Assembly (NCBI GenBank): GCA_037969075.1
Contig: JBBKWS010000006.1
Coordinates: forward strand, 1 to 36,659
DNA length: 36,659 bases
Direction: 5' to 3'
Origin: Bdellovibrionales bacterium
GTDB taxonomy: Bacteria; Bdellovibrionota; Bdellovibrionia; Bdellovibrionales; UBA840
In this document: one piece after another, positions 26,747 to 35,871 of the stretch
Layout of the letters: each line of letters opens with the position of its first letter
How positions within the stretch are numbered: the stretch's first letter is position 1
The notes under the pieces: model-generated
Databases searched by the model: none
Seen by the model: only the letters and a program-made list of their open reading frames with translations
What the model was told of the DNA's origin: nothing
Position numbers and translations under genes: made by a program

Positions 26747-28043
26747 TATAAGAGCCCCATTTTTGAATTTGCGCTTCTGTCATTAGTACTTCGCAGATCG
26801 TACCGGTAGAACCATGTTCTTGCTTAATGATGACAGTTTCACGGTCCAGCTCGTAAATTCTATGCTGATCTTCGATATTAAAAAATAATTCTACTTTTTT
26901 CTGCAAGCTTAAAATTTTCTCAAGCATCATGTTTCTTAGGTCATCTAAACCAGTACCATTTAATGCGCTTACAAAGATTCTGGGGTATAGGCTCGCTTTA
27001 AACTTATCTTCGTTCGTTGCAAGATCAACTTTGTTATACACATGTAAGATAGGTTTATCCTGCCATTCAAATTCTGTGATCAGTTCATTTACAACTTCTA
27101 CATGACGATTTATCTGCGGGCTTGAGATATCAATCACATGCAATAATATATCGGCCTCGGCCGATTCTTCGAGAGTAGCTTTAAATGCTTCTATTAATTT
27201 TGTAGGCAGTTTTCTGATGAATCCAACGGTATCTGTAAGTACTGCAGGTGGTCCACCTGGTAGAAAAACCTTTCTAGTTGTGGGATCGAGTGTAGCAAAT
27301 AATTTATTCTCAGAATAAATTGTGGATTTAGTTAGCTGGTTCATTAGAGCGCTTTTTCCCGCATTGGTGTAGCCAATCAATGCAAACGTTGGAATTTTAT
27401 TTCTGCGCCTGGTGTTTCGATGTTGTGATCTGCGTTTTTGAACTTCTTTTAGTTGGCGTCTAACGAAATCGATTCTTTCTCTGACTCGCCTTCTGTCCAT
27501 CTCAAGAGCCGTTTCCCCGGGGCCTCTTGTTCCGATTCCTGCGCCTTGTCTAGAGTGCGACCCCATCCAGGCGCCAATCATACGCGGTAATTGATCCAAC
27601 ATTTGCGCTAGTTCTACCTGCAATTTTCCCTCGTGGGTCTGAGCGCGTTGCGCAAAAATATCTAAGATCAATTGGGTCCTATCTAAAACCGAGACCCTTA
27701 ATTCTTGCTCGATATTTACGGCTTGTGCTCCTGTAAGTTGGTGATCAATAATAACTAAGCTTGCACCGGTCTCGTCGACGATTTGTTTGATTTCTAAGAT
27801 CTTACCTTTTCCAATCAGAGTGGCTGGGTTGAATTTGTCTAAAACTTGCGAGATAGACCCAACTACCTCTGCGCCGGCCGTTTCAGTCAGTTCCATTAGT
27901 TCGAGTAAACTCTCTTTATACTCATTTTTGATATCTGATTGTAGACCAACACCAACTAAGACCACGCGCTCTATAGTATTTTTAGAGCGCTCAATAGCCT
28001 GTCTATCATTTGGCTTTTTATCTTGATCTTTTTGTCTTGCCAT
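26724..28043 (-). CDS. hflX: Ribosome-splitting GTPase HflX
   Basis: LILDIFAQRA.THEGKLQVELAQ, RGPGET, GYTNAGKS, LFATLD, DTVGF and NKVD. Confidence 0.97.
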   Translation of the reverse strand: MARQKDQDKKPNDRQAIERSKNTIERVVLVGVGLQSDIKNEYKESLLELMELTETAGAEVVGSISQVLDKFNPATLIGKGKILEIKQIVDETGASLVIIDHQLTGAQAVNIEQELRVSVLDRTQLILDIFAQRAQTHEGKLQVELAQMLDQLPRMIGAWMGSHSRQGAGIGTRGPGETALEMDRRRVRERIDFVRRQLKEVQKRRSQHRNTRRRNKIPTFALIGYTNAGKSALMNQLTKSTIYSENKLFATLDPTTRKVFLPGGPPAVLTDTVGFIRKLPTKLIEAFKATLEESAEADILLHVIDISSPQINRHVEVVNELITEFEWQDKPILHVYNKVDLATNEDKFKASLYPRIFVSALNGTGLDDLRNMMLEKILSLQKKVELFFNIEDQHRIYELDRETVIIKQEHGSTGTICEVLMTEAQIQKWGSYIIQKTQP

Positions 28044-30331
28044 TAGGTTTGTTGACGCTTTCTTTCTCGGTGATATTGTACATGTAGAGCAGTAATAGCA
28101 GCTACGTTTACAATGTCTTCAACATTACAAGATCTTTGTAATACGTGAGCAGGCTTTCTAACGCCTAGTAAAAATGGTCCTAAAACTTCGCCGTTACTTA
28201 ATTGTTGCACAAGTTTGTAACCAATATTACTAGAGTCGAGATTAGGGAACATTAAAATATTCGCCCCACCATCTATTTGACTAAAAGGAAAAAACTTTTT
28301 TCTAATGCTTTCATTGACAGCGGTGTCTGCCTGCATCTCTCCGTCTACGATCATGTCAGGAAATCTTTGTTTAACTAGTTGCGCTGCAATCTGCATTTTT
28401 TTAGGACTCGAATACATGCCAGTAAAGTTAGAAAAACTTAACATGGCAACCTTTGGTGTTATTCCAAAAAACTGCGCGACTTCTGCAGCATAAAGAGAAA
28501 GGCTTGCTAGTTGCTCTGCCGTGGGGTCAATATTAACAGTCGTATCTAAGAAAAATAAAACTTTGTCCTTAAACACCATTATAATTAAACCACCAGCAAC
28601 ACCGTCCTTAGTGGTGCCAATTGTTCTTAATATTGGTCGAACGGCATCGGCGTAGTTTTGTGTTGCGCCAGTGATAATAGCATCAGCATCTCCCATCTCA
28701 ACCGTCATTGCGGCAAAATAAGCGGGGTCTGCCATCAACCTAGAGGCTTCATTAAGCGTGACACCCTTACGCTTACGTCGTTCGTAAAAAGCTTTAAAGT
28801 ATTTTTCATGTCCCTCATATTTAGAGGGGTGAATAATTGTTACATCATCTAAATTTTTTATTCCCAGGCTTTCAATTTTCTCTTTTACAACATCAGGATA
28901 TCCAACAAGTATAGGTATAGCTATTTGCTCTTCTTTGATAATTGTAAGTGCGCGTAAGACTCTTTCAGAGTGTGCCTCTGGGAATACAATCCTTGGGATA
29001 TGTTTGCTCTCATCACTACTAGTTCTAACTCGGTTAATCGCCCCACGAATAAAACTTCTTGAGGTCCCTTGCATTGCTTCTAGTCGCTCTTTGTAGGCTT
29101 TAAAGTCTTCGATGGGCTTTTGCGCCACACCTGAATCCATGGCAGCCTTTGCTACAGCGGGGGCAACCCAAAGTAGTACTCTAGAATCAAATGGTTTTGG
29201 CACGATGTACTCTGGGCCAAATTTAAATTTTCCACCAGCATAAGCTTGTGATACCGAGTCGGGCACATCTTCTTTTGCAAGTGTGGCAAGAGCATATACA
29301 GCAGCTAGTTTCATTTCTTCATTGATAGTTGTGGCTCTAACATCAAGTGCACCTCTAAAAATAAATGGAAAACCAAGAACATTATTTATTTGGTTAGGAA
29401 AGTCCGAGCGACCTGTCGCCATAATGATATCATCACGTACTTTTTTAGCTAAATCCGGTAGTATTTCAGGCTCAGGGTTTGCCATAGCGAAAACTATAGG
29501 ATTTTTAGCCATTACTTTTATCATATCAGGGGTAACAGCTCCGGCTACACTAAGGCCTACGAATACATCTGCATCTTTCATTGCGTCAGTTAGTGATCTT
29601 GCATTTGTTTTTACCGCAAAGGCTTGTTTAAAACTATTCATACCATCTGTACGACCTTCATAAATAACTCCGCGGGTGTCGCACATAATAATGTTTTGTC
29701 GATTTACTCCAAGTTGCACAAAAATATTTGCACAAGATACTGACGCTGCACCGGCGCCATTCATGACTATTTTAATTTTATTAAGTTTTTTCTTAGCGAT
29801 TTCGCAGGCATTCAGTAAGGCAGCACCAGTAATAATCGCGGTCCCGTGTTGGTCATCGTGAAAGACAGGAATTTTTAATTCAGCTTTTAATCTTGTTTCT
29901 ATTTCAAAACATTCTGGAGCTTTAATATCTTCTAAATTGATACCGCCAAACGTAGGCTCTAAGTTTTTTACAGTTAGAATAAATTCTTCAATGTCTTTAG
30001 TTTTAATTTCGATATCAAATACGTCGATATCGGCAAAGCGTTTAAATAAAATGCCTTTTCCTTCCATTACTGGCTTACTAGCTTCTGGTCCAATGTCACC
30101 TAAACCTAAGACCGCAGTACCGTTAGTTATTACGGCAACCAAATTACCTTTGGCAGTATAGTCATAAACTTTTGAAACATCTTTTGCGATTTCCATACAA
30201 GGGGCAGCAACGCCAGGAGTATATGCCAAAGACAGATTTCTTTCTGTTTGGCAGGGCTTAGTGGATACAACTTCAATTTTTCCGGGCCGTCCTTCTTGAT
30301 GATAAAGTAAGGCCTGCTTTTTTATGTCCAT
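28043..30331 (-). CDS. maeB: NADP-dependent malic enzyme with PTA-like C-terminal domain
   Basis: LAYTPGVA, KPVMEGK, INLEDI, FHDDQHGTA, TGRSDFPNQ, C-terminal DGEMQAD and FPNLDSSNIGYK. Confidence 0.97.
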   Translation of the reverse strand: MDIKKQALLYHQEGRPGKIEVVSTKPCQTERNLSLAYTPGVAAPCMEIAKDVSKVYDYTAKGNLVAVITNGTAVLGLGDIGPEASKPVMEGKGILFKRFADIDVFDIEIKTKDIEEFILTVKNLEPTFGGINLEDIKAPECFEIETRLKAELKIPVFHDDQHGTAIITGAALLNACEIAKKKLNKIKIVMNGAGAASVSCANIFVQLGVNRQNIIMCDTRGVIYEGRTDGMNSFKQAFAVKTNARSLTDAMKDADVFVGLSVAGAVTPDMIKVMAKNPIVFAMANPEPEILPDLAKKVRDDIIMATGRSDFPNQINNVLGFPFIFRGALDVRATTINEEMKLAAVYALATLAKEDVPDSVSQAYAGGKFKFGPEYIVPKPFDSRVLLWVAPAVAKAAMDSGVAQKPIEDFKAYKERLEAMQGTSRSFIRGAINRVRTSSDESKHIPRIVFPEAHSERVLRALTIIKEEQIAIPILVGYPDVVKEKIESLGIKNLDDVTIIHPSKYEGHEKYFKAFYERRKRKGVTLNEASRLMADPAYFAAMTVEMGDADAIITGATQNYADAVRPILRTIGTTKDGVAGGLIIMVFKDKVLFFLDTTVNIDPTAEQLASLSLYAAEVAQFFGITPKVAMLSFSNFTGMYSSPKKMQIAAQLVKQRFPDMIVDGEMQADTAVNESIRKKFFPFSQIDGGANILMFPNLDSSNIGYKLVQQLSNGEVLGPFLLGVRKPAHVLQRSCNVEDIVNVAAITALHVQYHRERKRQQT

Positions 30332-30474
30332 GAACTACTCCTAAGGATTTGTAACAAGATAATTCTACCTGTCACCGGGGTAAAGCCTAAACTGTACCAA
30401 CTTTATCCACTTTATCCATTGCATTGTGAATTTGCTTAGTTTGTAAGCCAAAGTCGGGTTTTGCTATTAAACTC

Positions 30475-30503
30475 GTGCCAAATCAGCCGCTTGTAGCTAC
30501 CAT
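30475..30503 (+). promoter_or_regulatory. Putative sigma70 promoter for the fad operon
   Basis: GTGCCA(30475-30480)-N17-TACCAT(30498-30503), with SD GAGGAG before ATG 30543. Confidence 0.4.
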
Positions 30504-30542
30504 TCAGAGCGAACTTATTGCTCTAATAGTGAGGAGAAAATC

Positions 30543-31835
30543 ATGGCAAATCCCAGAGATGTAGTCATTGTAGAAGGAGTTAGAACTCCATTTGCAAAAG
30601 CAGGTACTAAATTTAATGATATTCATGCAGCTGATTTAGGAAAAGTAGCGCTGACTGAATTAATTGCACGTACGCAATTAAATGTTAATGAAGTTGATGA
30701 AGTTATTATCGGAAATACAGGAAGCCCATCTGATGCGGTAAATATTTCTAGGGTGGTTGCCTTAAATTCGGGTGTGCCACTTAAGACTTCAGCTTACACA
30801 GTTCACCGAAACTGCGCCTCTGCGCTCGAGAGCGTGACAAGCGGCTATGAAAAAATAAAATCAGGAACGATGGATGTAATTTTAGCAGGTGGAACAGAGT
30901 CCATGTCTAATATGCCATTATTATTTACTAAAGACTTTACTCGTGTATTCGGTAACATTATGGCGGCAAAGTCATTAGGGGCAAAACTTTCGGCTCTTGC
31001 GCAATTAAAGTTAAAATACTTAAAACCAAGAATTGCTATCATGGAAGGCTTAACAGATCCATTTGCTGGTATTAATATGGGGCAAACGGCAGAGATAATT
31101 GCCAAAGAATTTGATATTTCAAGACGTGAGCAAGATGAGTATGCGCTTAGGTCACATCAATTAGCTGTAGCAGCAAAAGATAAATTTAAAGAAGAAATTG
31201 TAAGTTTTTATATGCCACCAAAATTTAAAGAAGTGGTTTCTGAAGATCTTGGGCCAAGAGCCACGCAAACTATGGAAGCTTTGCAAAAGCTAAGACCATT
31301 TTTTGATAAAACATATGGAACAATTACTGCTGGTAACTCTTGTCCAATCACTGATGGTGCGGCCATGGTATTATTGATGTCTAGAGAAAGAGCTGAGAGT
31401 CTTGGTTATAAACCAATTGCTAGAATTGCTGGTTATGGTTATGCAGGTCTTGACCCAAAACGCATGGGATTAGGTCCCGTGTTCGCAACTCCAATCGCTT
31501 TAAAACGAGCTGGAATTACTATGAAAGATATAGGTTTGATTGAACTTAACGAAGCATTCGCAGCGCAAGTACTTGCTTGCCAGAGAGCTTTTGATAGTGA
31601 CGCTTTTGCGCAAAAAGAGTTGGGACTTCTAACTAAAATCGGTGCCATTGATCCAAAGATTTGTAACGTAAATGGTGGAGCAATTGCACTTGGACACCCA
31701 GTAGGAACAACGGGCACAAGATTAGTACTAACTTTAATGAAAGAAATGCGTCGTAAAAATGTTCAGTTTGGTTTAGCAACCCTTTGTATTGGTGGCGGCC
31801 AAGGTGGCGCCATCGTATTAGAAAGAGAGGCGTAA
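30543..31835 (+). CDS. fadI: Acetyl-CoA C-acyltransferase (3-ketoacyl-CoA thiolase, FadI/TFE-beta-like)
   Basis: RTPF, HRNCASA, NEAFAAQ, GHPVG.TG and CIGGGQG; adjacent to a fadJ-like gene. The symbol rests on gene context. Confidence 0.88.
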   Translation: MANPRDVVIVEGVRTPFAKAGTKFNDIHAADLGKVALTELIARTQLNVNEVDEVIIGNTGSPSDAVNISRVVALNSGVPLKTSAYTVHRNCASALESVTSGYEKIKSGTMDVILAGGTESMSNMPLLFTKDFTRVFGNIMAAKSLGAKLSALAQLKLKYLKPRIAIMEGLTDPFAGINMGQTAEIIAKEFDISRREQDEYALRSHQLAVAAKDKFKEEIVSFYMPPKFKEVVSEDLGPRATQTMEALQKLRPFFDKTYGTITAGNSCPITDGAAMVLLMSRERAESLGYKPIARIAGYGYAGLDPKRMGLGPVFATPIALKRAGITMKDIGLIELNEAFAAQVLACQRAFDSDAFAQKELGLLTKIGAIDPKICNVNGGAIALGHPVGTTGTRLVLTLMKEMRRKNVQFGLATLCIGGGQGGAIVLEREA

Positions 31836-33953
31836 ATGTCAGGACTTAAAATTATACCACAGGGAGAAGTTGCAGTACTTGAGTGGGATCTGCCAGGCGA
31901 GAAGGTAAATAAGCTTTCAAGCCCAGTGATGCTAGCTTTAGATAAAATCTTAGATGAATTAAAAACCTCATCTTATAAGGCTGTCGTAATTATTTCTAGA
32001 AAACAAAAAATCTTTATTGCTGGCGCGGATATTAATGAAATCGTAGATATCAGAGAAAAAAATGATGCCCACGAAAAAGCTGCAAATGGACAAAGAATTT
32101 TATCTAAGATTGAAGATTTACCAATGCCAGTAGTAGCTGCTATTAATGGTGCATGTCTTGGCGGTGGTTGTGAATTGATTTTATCTTGTGATTACAGATT
32201 AGCATCTGATGACAAATCAACACAAATTGGTTTGCCCGAAACTAAACTTGGAATCATTCCAGGTTTTGGTGGTTGTGTAAGATTGCCTCGCGTGATTGGT
32301 TTGCAGGCGGCACTTGATATTATTTTAGCCGGTAAATCTGTGGATAGCCGCAAGGCTTATAAACTAGGTTTAGTGGACAGTGTTGTTCCATCAAATCTTT
32401 TAGAGCAAGAAGCTATTAAATACGCTAAACAAATTGCGAGTAAAGGTAAGCGTCGTAAGCAGTTTTCAGCAAAAGGTATGGCAAATAAATTTCTAGAGTC
32501 GTTCTTAGGACGACCAGTTGTATTTTCTCAGGCTAAAAAATCAGTTTTAAAATTAACAAAGGGACATTACCCGGCTGTTTTAAAAGCGATTGAAGTTATT
32601 AATAAAACATACGGTATGTCTAATCGCGATAAAGCTCTTAGTATTGAAGCAGAAGGTTTTTCTGAAGTTGCGATCACGGATGTTTCTAAAAACTTGATTC
32701 GTATTTTCTTTATGACAGAAGCAGTTAAAAAGCAAAATGGTGTTAGTGATCAAAATGTAAAAGGTCGCAACATTTCTCATATGGGAGTTTTGGGTGCTGG
32801 CACCATGGGCGGCGGCATTGCGCAGCTAGGTGCTGATAAAGGGATCGAAGTGAGAGTTAAAGATTTATCTCCAGATGCTTTGTCTAAAGCTTTTATTGCG
32901 GCTCAAAGAATTTGGCAAAAGAAGCTAGAGCGTCGTCGAATAGATAAATTCGAATTTAAGGCAAAAATGGATTTAATCAGTGGCGGCTTAGATTATGCAG
33001 GGTTTAAGCGTTTAGACCTTGTGGTTGAAGCTATTGTTGAAGACATGAATATAAAGAAAAAGGTGATTGGCGAAACAGCTGGCCAATGCGTCGATGATTG
33101 CATTATTGCGACCAATACATCATCCCTTAGTGTGACAGAGATGGCAAAAGGCCATCCCCGTCCAGAAAACTTTGTGGGGATGCACTTTTTTAACCCGGTT
33201 GATAAGATGCCACTTGTTGAAGTGATCAGAGGAGAGAAAACTTCAGATGAAGTGACCGCCACGATTTTTGAACTTTCAAAAAGAATGGGAAAAATTCCGG
33301 TAGTAGTAAGAGATGGCCCAGGTTTCATTGTGAATCGTCTATTGTTACCGTATTTAAATGAAGCTGTTTATCTTTTTGAAGAAGGCTATTCAGTAGAAGA
33401 TATCGATAAGGCTTACTTAAAATTTGGAATGCCAATGGGTCCTTTAAGATTATTAGATGAAGTGGGTTTAGATGTATCTGTAAAAGTAGCTAAGATTTTT
33501 CATCAAGCTTTTGGTGAGAGAGCTGAGCCTTGTAAAGTTATGTCAAAGATGGCAGATAATAAAGAGCGCTTAGGTGTTAAATCGGGTAAAGGTTTTTATA
33601 TCTATGATGAAAAAGGTAAGCAGCAAGGCGTAGACCAAAAAATTTACGAAGAATGTGGTTTGCCAATGCCTACTAAAAAAGTGACAAATGCAGACGAGTT
33701 AGTACATAGAGGTGTTTTTGCTATGATTAACGAGGCAATGATCGCACTAGATGAAAAGATCGTGGATACCTACGATCAAGTAGATCTAGGAATGATCATG
33801 GGCACAGGCTTTCCACCATTTAGAGGTGGGCTGATGAAGTACGCTGAATCTGTAGGGCTTGCTAAGGTGGCAGACGATTTAGAGGTATTCTCATCTCGTT
33901 ATGGCAAACGCCATAAGCCGTCACCGGCATTATTAAAAGCTACAAAAAAATAG
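31836..33953 (+). CDS. fadJ: Fatty acid oxidation complex alpha subunit (enoyl-CoA hydratase/3-hydroxyacyl-CoA dehydrogenase)
   Basis: FIAGADI, GGGCE, GLPETKLG, GAGTMGGG, NTSSL, GMHFFNP and GFPPFRGG. Confidence 0.9.
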   Translation: MSGLKIIPQGEVAVLEWDLPGEKVNKLSSPVMLALDKILDELKTSSYKAVVIISRKQKIFIAGADINEIVDIREKNDAHEKAANGQRILSKIEDLPMPVVAAINGACLGGGCELILSCDYRLASDDKSTQIGLPETKLGIIPGFGGCVRLPRVIGLQAALDIILAGKSVDSRKAYKLGLVDSVVPSNLLEQEAIKYAKQIASKGKRRKQFSAKGMANKFLESFLGRPVVFSQAKKSVLKLTKGHYPAVLKAIEVINKTYGMSNRDKALSIEAEGFSEVAITDVSKNLIRIFFMTEAVKKQNGVSDQNVKGRNISHMGVLGAGTMGGGIAQLGADKGIEVRVKDLSPDALSKAFIAAQRIWQKKLERRRIDKFEFKAKMDLISGGLDYAGFKRLDLVVEAIVEDMNIKKKVIGETAGQCVDDCIIATNTSSLSVTEMAKGHPRPENFVGMHFFNPVDKMPLVEVIRGEKTSDEVTATIFELSKRMGKIPVVVRDGPGFIVNRLLLPYLNEAVYLFEEGYSVEDIDKAYLKFGMPMGPLRLLDEVGLDVSVKVAKIFHQAFGERAEPCKVMSKMADNKERLGVKSGKGFYIYDEKGKQQGVDQKIYEECGLPMPTKKVTNADELVHRGVFAMINEAMIALDEKIVDTYDQVDLGMIMGTGFPPFRGGLMKYAESVGLAKVADDLEVFSSRYGKRHKPSPALLKATKK

Positions 33954-33960
33954 TTTTTAT

Positions 33961-33983
33961 GGTAGCAAACTTTGTTTGCTACC
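33961..33983. terminator. Hairpin between convergent genes; probable terminator
   Basis: GGTAGCAAAC-TTT-GTTTGCTACC, a perfect 10-bp stem. Confidence 0.65.
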
Positions 33984-33993
33984 AACCTTAAGG

Positions 33994-34398
33994 TTAGTCA
34001 ACTCGGATAGCTCTAACTACAATATCTTTAATTTTAAGGTCCTTTGTTATTAAGAAAACAATTTGCCAAGACGCTGGTATTGTTTTGTCGACTGCTTTGA
34101 TTGTATAGGTAGGGTAATATTCACTTTGAAAGTAGCCAGTGGATGGCCCTAGTGTTTTATAGATATCATCTATGGATTTCCCTATATATTTCTTTTTGTG
34201 CGCCAATAAATCTACGGTCATATTTAACTTACTGTGCATATCAGATTTTCTGAAATCAACTTCAGAAAATTTTTGAAATTTGGAGTTATTTTTTAAAGTA
34301 CCGATATCAACAGTATCCATGGTAAAGTTTTGTGAGTAAATATAGGTACCACTAAATAATAGTATAAGGCTTATAAGAATTTTATTTTTTGATAACAT
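33994..34398 (-). CDS. Hypothetical exported protein
   Basis: Signal peptide. 'YIGKSIDDIYKTLGPS' resembles a SmpA/BamE-like alpha-beta motif. Overlaps the upstream gene by 17 nt. Confidence 0.65.
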   Translation of the reverse strand: MLSKNKILISLILLFSGTYIYSQNFTMDTVDIGTLKNNSKFQKFSEVDFRKSDMHSKLNMTVDLLAHKKKYIGKSIDDIYKTLGPSTGYFQSEYYPTYTIKAVDKTIPASWQIVFLITKDLKIKDIVVRAIRVD

Positions 34399-34969
34399 GC
34401 ATTTTACCTCGCTGAATATTCTGTTTGAATTTTTTAATTAATTCCAAGTCACTCATTTTTTTTGCACCGTCTTGCAACCCCACAGTGTTATTGTGTGTAT
34501 CCATAATATATTGATCTTCTGGTTGTGTTTCATTCTTTTCATGTGCATCCAGAATTTGCTTAGCGGCTTCTTTTCCAATATTTTGGCGTAATTTTGAGCT
34601 CCAAATATAATGTCGGCAAGCATCGGATATATCATTAATATCGGATACGCCATAAGTTTTAGTGCAGATTCTCTCCGCTTCACGGGCCAATTCATAGGCA
34701 TTATATAAAGTTTTGGGGTCTTTTTTGATTAGTTCTTTTTCTGCTGCTGTTAAGCCAGGGTAGAGTGCAAATATTACGGGAGTGTATGCGATATCCTCGC
34801 ATAGTTTATGGCATTGCTCTGGACAACGAAATGTTGCCATATCAACCATTAAAATTGAGCATTCAAAAGTGCAATCGCTACCTTTTTTTATTTTTCCAGC
34901 TCGGAACCAGTCACTACATGTCTCATCAGCATGCAGTGCTATTGCTAAAAGAAAAAATAAAATAGGCAT
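34382..34969 (-). CDS. Exported protein with Cys-rich N-module and DUF6973-like domain
   Basis: Likely start ATG 34969 (MPILFFLLAIALHA signal peptide). Motifs DACRHYIWS, HE and MDTHNNTVG. Confidence 0.7.
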   Translation of the reverse strand: MPILFFLLAIALHADETCSDWFRAGKIKKGSDCTFECSILMVDMATFRCPEQCHKLCEDIAYTPVIFALYPGLTAAEKELIKKDPKTLYNAYELAREAERICTKTYGVSDINDISDACRHYIWSSKLRQNIGKEAAKQILDAHEKNETQPEDQYIMDTHNNTVGLQDGAKKMSDLELIKKFKQNIQRGKMHVIKK

Positions 34970-34975
34970 AGAAGT

Positions 34976-35004
34976 ATTACAGTTGTCTTCGAGATTCTGA
35001 GCAA
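34976..35004 (-). promoter_or_regulatory. Putative sigma70 promoter, leaderless
   Basis: Minus strand TTGCTC(35004-34999)-N17-TGTAAT(34981-34976)-N6-ATG(34969). Confidence 0.5.
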
Positions 35005-35064
35005 GGTAAATCCCCAATTTTACTAACGCAAAGCTTCTTATTTCCTAAAGTAAATAGTCCAGTT

Positions 35065-35096
35065 CCGGTTGCACTTGGCTGCAACCGGCTTACTAT
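35065..35096 (+). promoter_or_regulatory. Putative sigma70 promoter overlapped by a 9-bp inverted repeat (candidate operator)
   Basis: TTGCAC(35069-35074)-N16-TACTAT(35091-35096)-N6-ATG. Inverted repeat CCGGTTGCA-N6-TGCAACCGG at 35065-35088. Confidence 0.55.
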
Positions 35097-35102
35097 ATAT
35101 CT

Positions 35103-35843
35103 ATGAGTTTATCATCTGCACAAAACCAATACGTTACCGAATTTGAACGCTGTCAAAAAATCTTAATTGAACAAGCGAAGTCGATTGAAACTGCTGCACA
35201 AAAAATCTTTACCTCTGTCAAAGACGGCGGAGTGATGCATGTGTTTGGCAGTGGTCATTCGCACACGATTGCCGAAGAACTTTTTCACCGGGCGGGTGGC
35301 TTAGTTCCGGTGAATGCGATTTTAGAGCCGTATTTAATGCCGCATGCGGGCCCAACACGTGTAGGTCAACTAGAGAGAACTAAGGGAATTGCACCAACTA
35401 TTTTTAAGGCTCATAAGTTTTTAAAAGGTGAGTGTCTAATTTTAGCATCTAATTCAGGGATCAATGCAGTTACTAGTGAGTTGTGTCAAATAGCAAAAGA
35501 CAATGGGATATTTACCATTGCGATTTCATCTCTTACCCATTCAAAGCAAAGCCCAGGGCGCGGTAATCCTAAACTATATGAAGTCGCAGATCTAACGATT
35601 GATACAGGCACTCCATTTGGGGATGCTTGTGTGAGTTTACCAAATGTCGATGTAAAGATTGCGCCTCTATCAACGCTTGCGACCATATTAGCAGGACAAT
35701 TGATTGTGATTCGGGTGTGTGAGCTATTTACCGATGCAGGACTGATTCCACCTGTATATCAAAGTGCAAATACGCCAGGTGGAGAAGAACGCAATAAAGC
35801 TTTAGAAGATAAGTACCGCTCTCGCATTCAGCACTTGATTTAA
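35103..35843 (+). CDS. SIS-domain (phosphosugar isomerase/binding) protein
   Basis: HVFGSGHSH, EELFHRAGGL, SNSGIN, IDTG.P.GDA and PPVYQSAN.PGG. Confidence 0.88.
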   Translation: MSLSSAQNQYVTEFERCQKILIEQAKSIETAAQKIFTSVKDGGVMHVFGSGHSHTIAEELFHRAGGLVPVNAILEPYLMPHAGPTRVGQLERTKGIAPTIFKAHKFLKGECLILASNSGINAVTSELCQIAKDNGIFTIAISSLTHSKQSPGRGNPKLYEVADLTIDTGTPFGDACVSLPNVDVKIAPLSTLATILAGQLIVIRVCELFTDAGLIPPVYQSANTPGGEERNKALEDKYRSRIQHLI

Positions 35844-35871
35844 TTAAAGATCAGCCTTATTACCTCAAGCT

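Noticed and set aside
30401..30420. Tandem CTTTATCCA repeat resembling DnaA boxes (TTATCCACT, TTATCCATT)
   Set aside because: Only two imperfect boxes, with no box cluster, DUE or dnaA context. Not an oriC; a local regulator site cannot be excluded.
4433..35017. Longest-ORF starts at 4433, 7264, 11386, 21669 and 35017
   Set aside because: Downstream ATGs (4469, 7216, 11332, 21609, 34969) fit SD or promoter position, signal peptides or family N-termini better.
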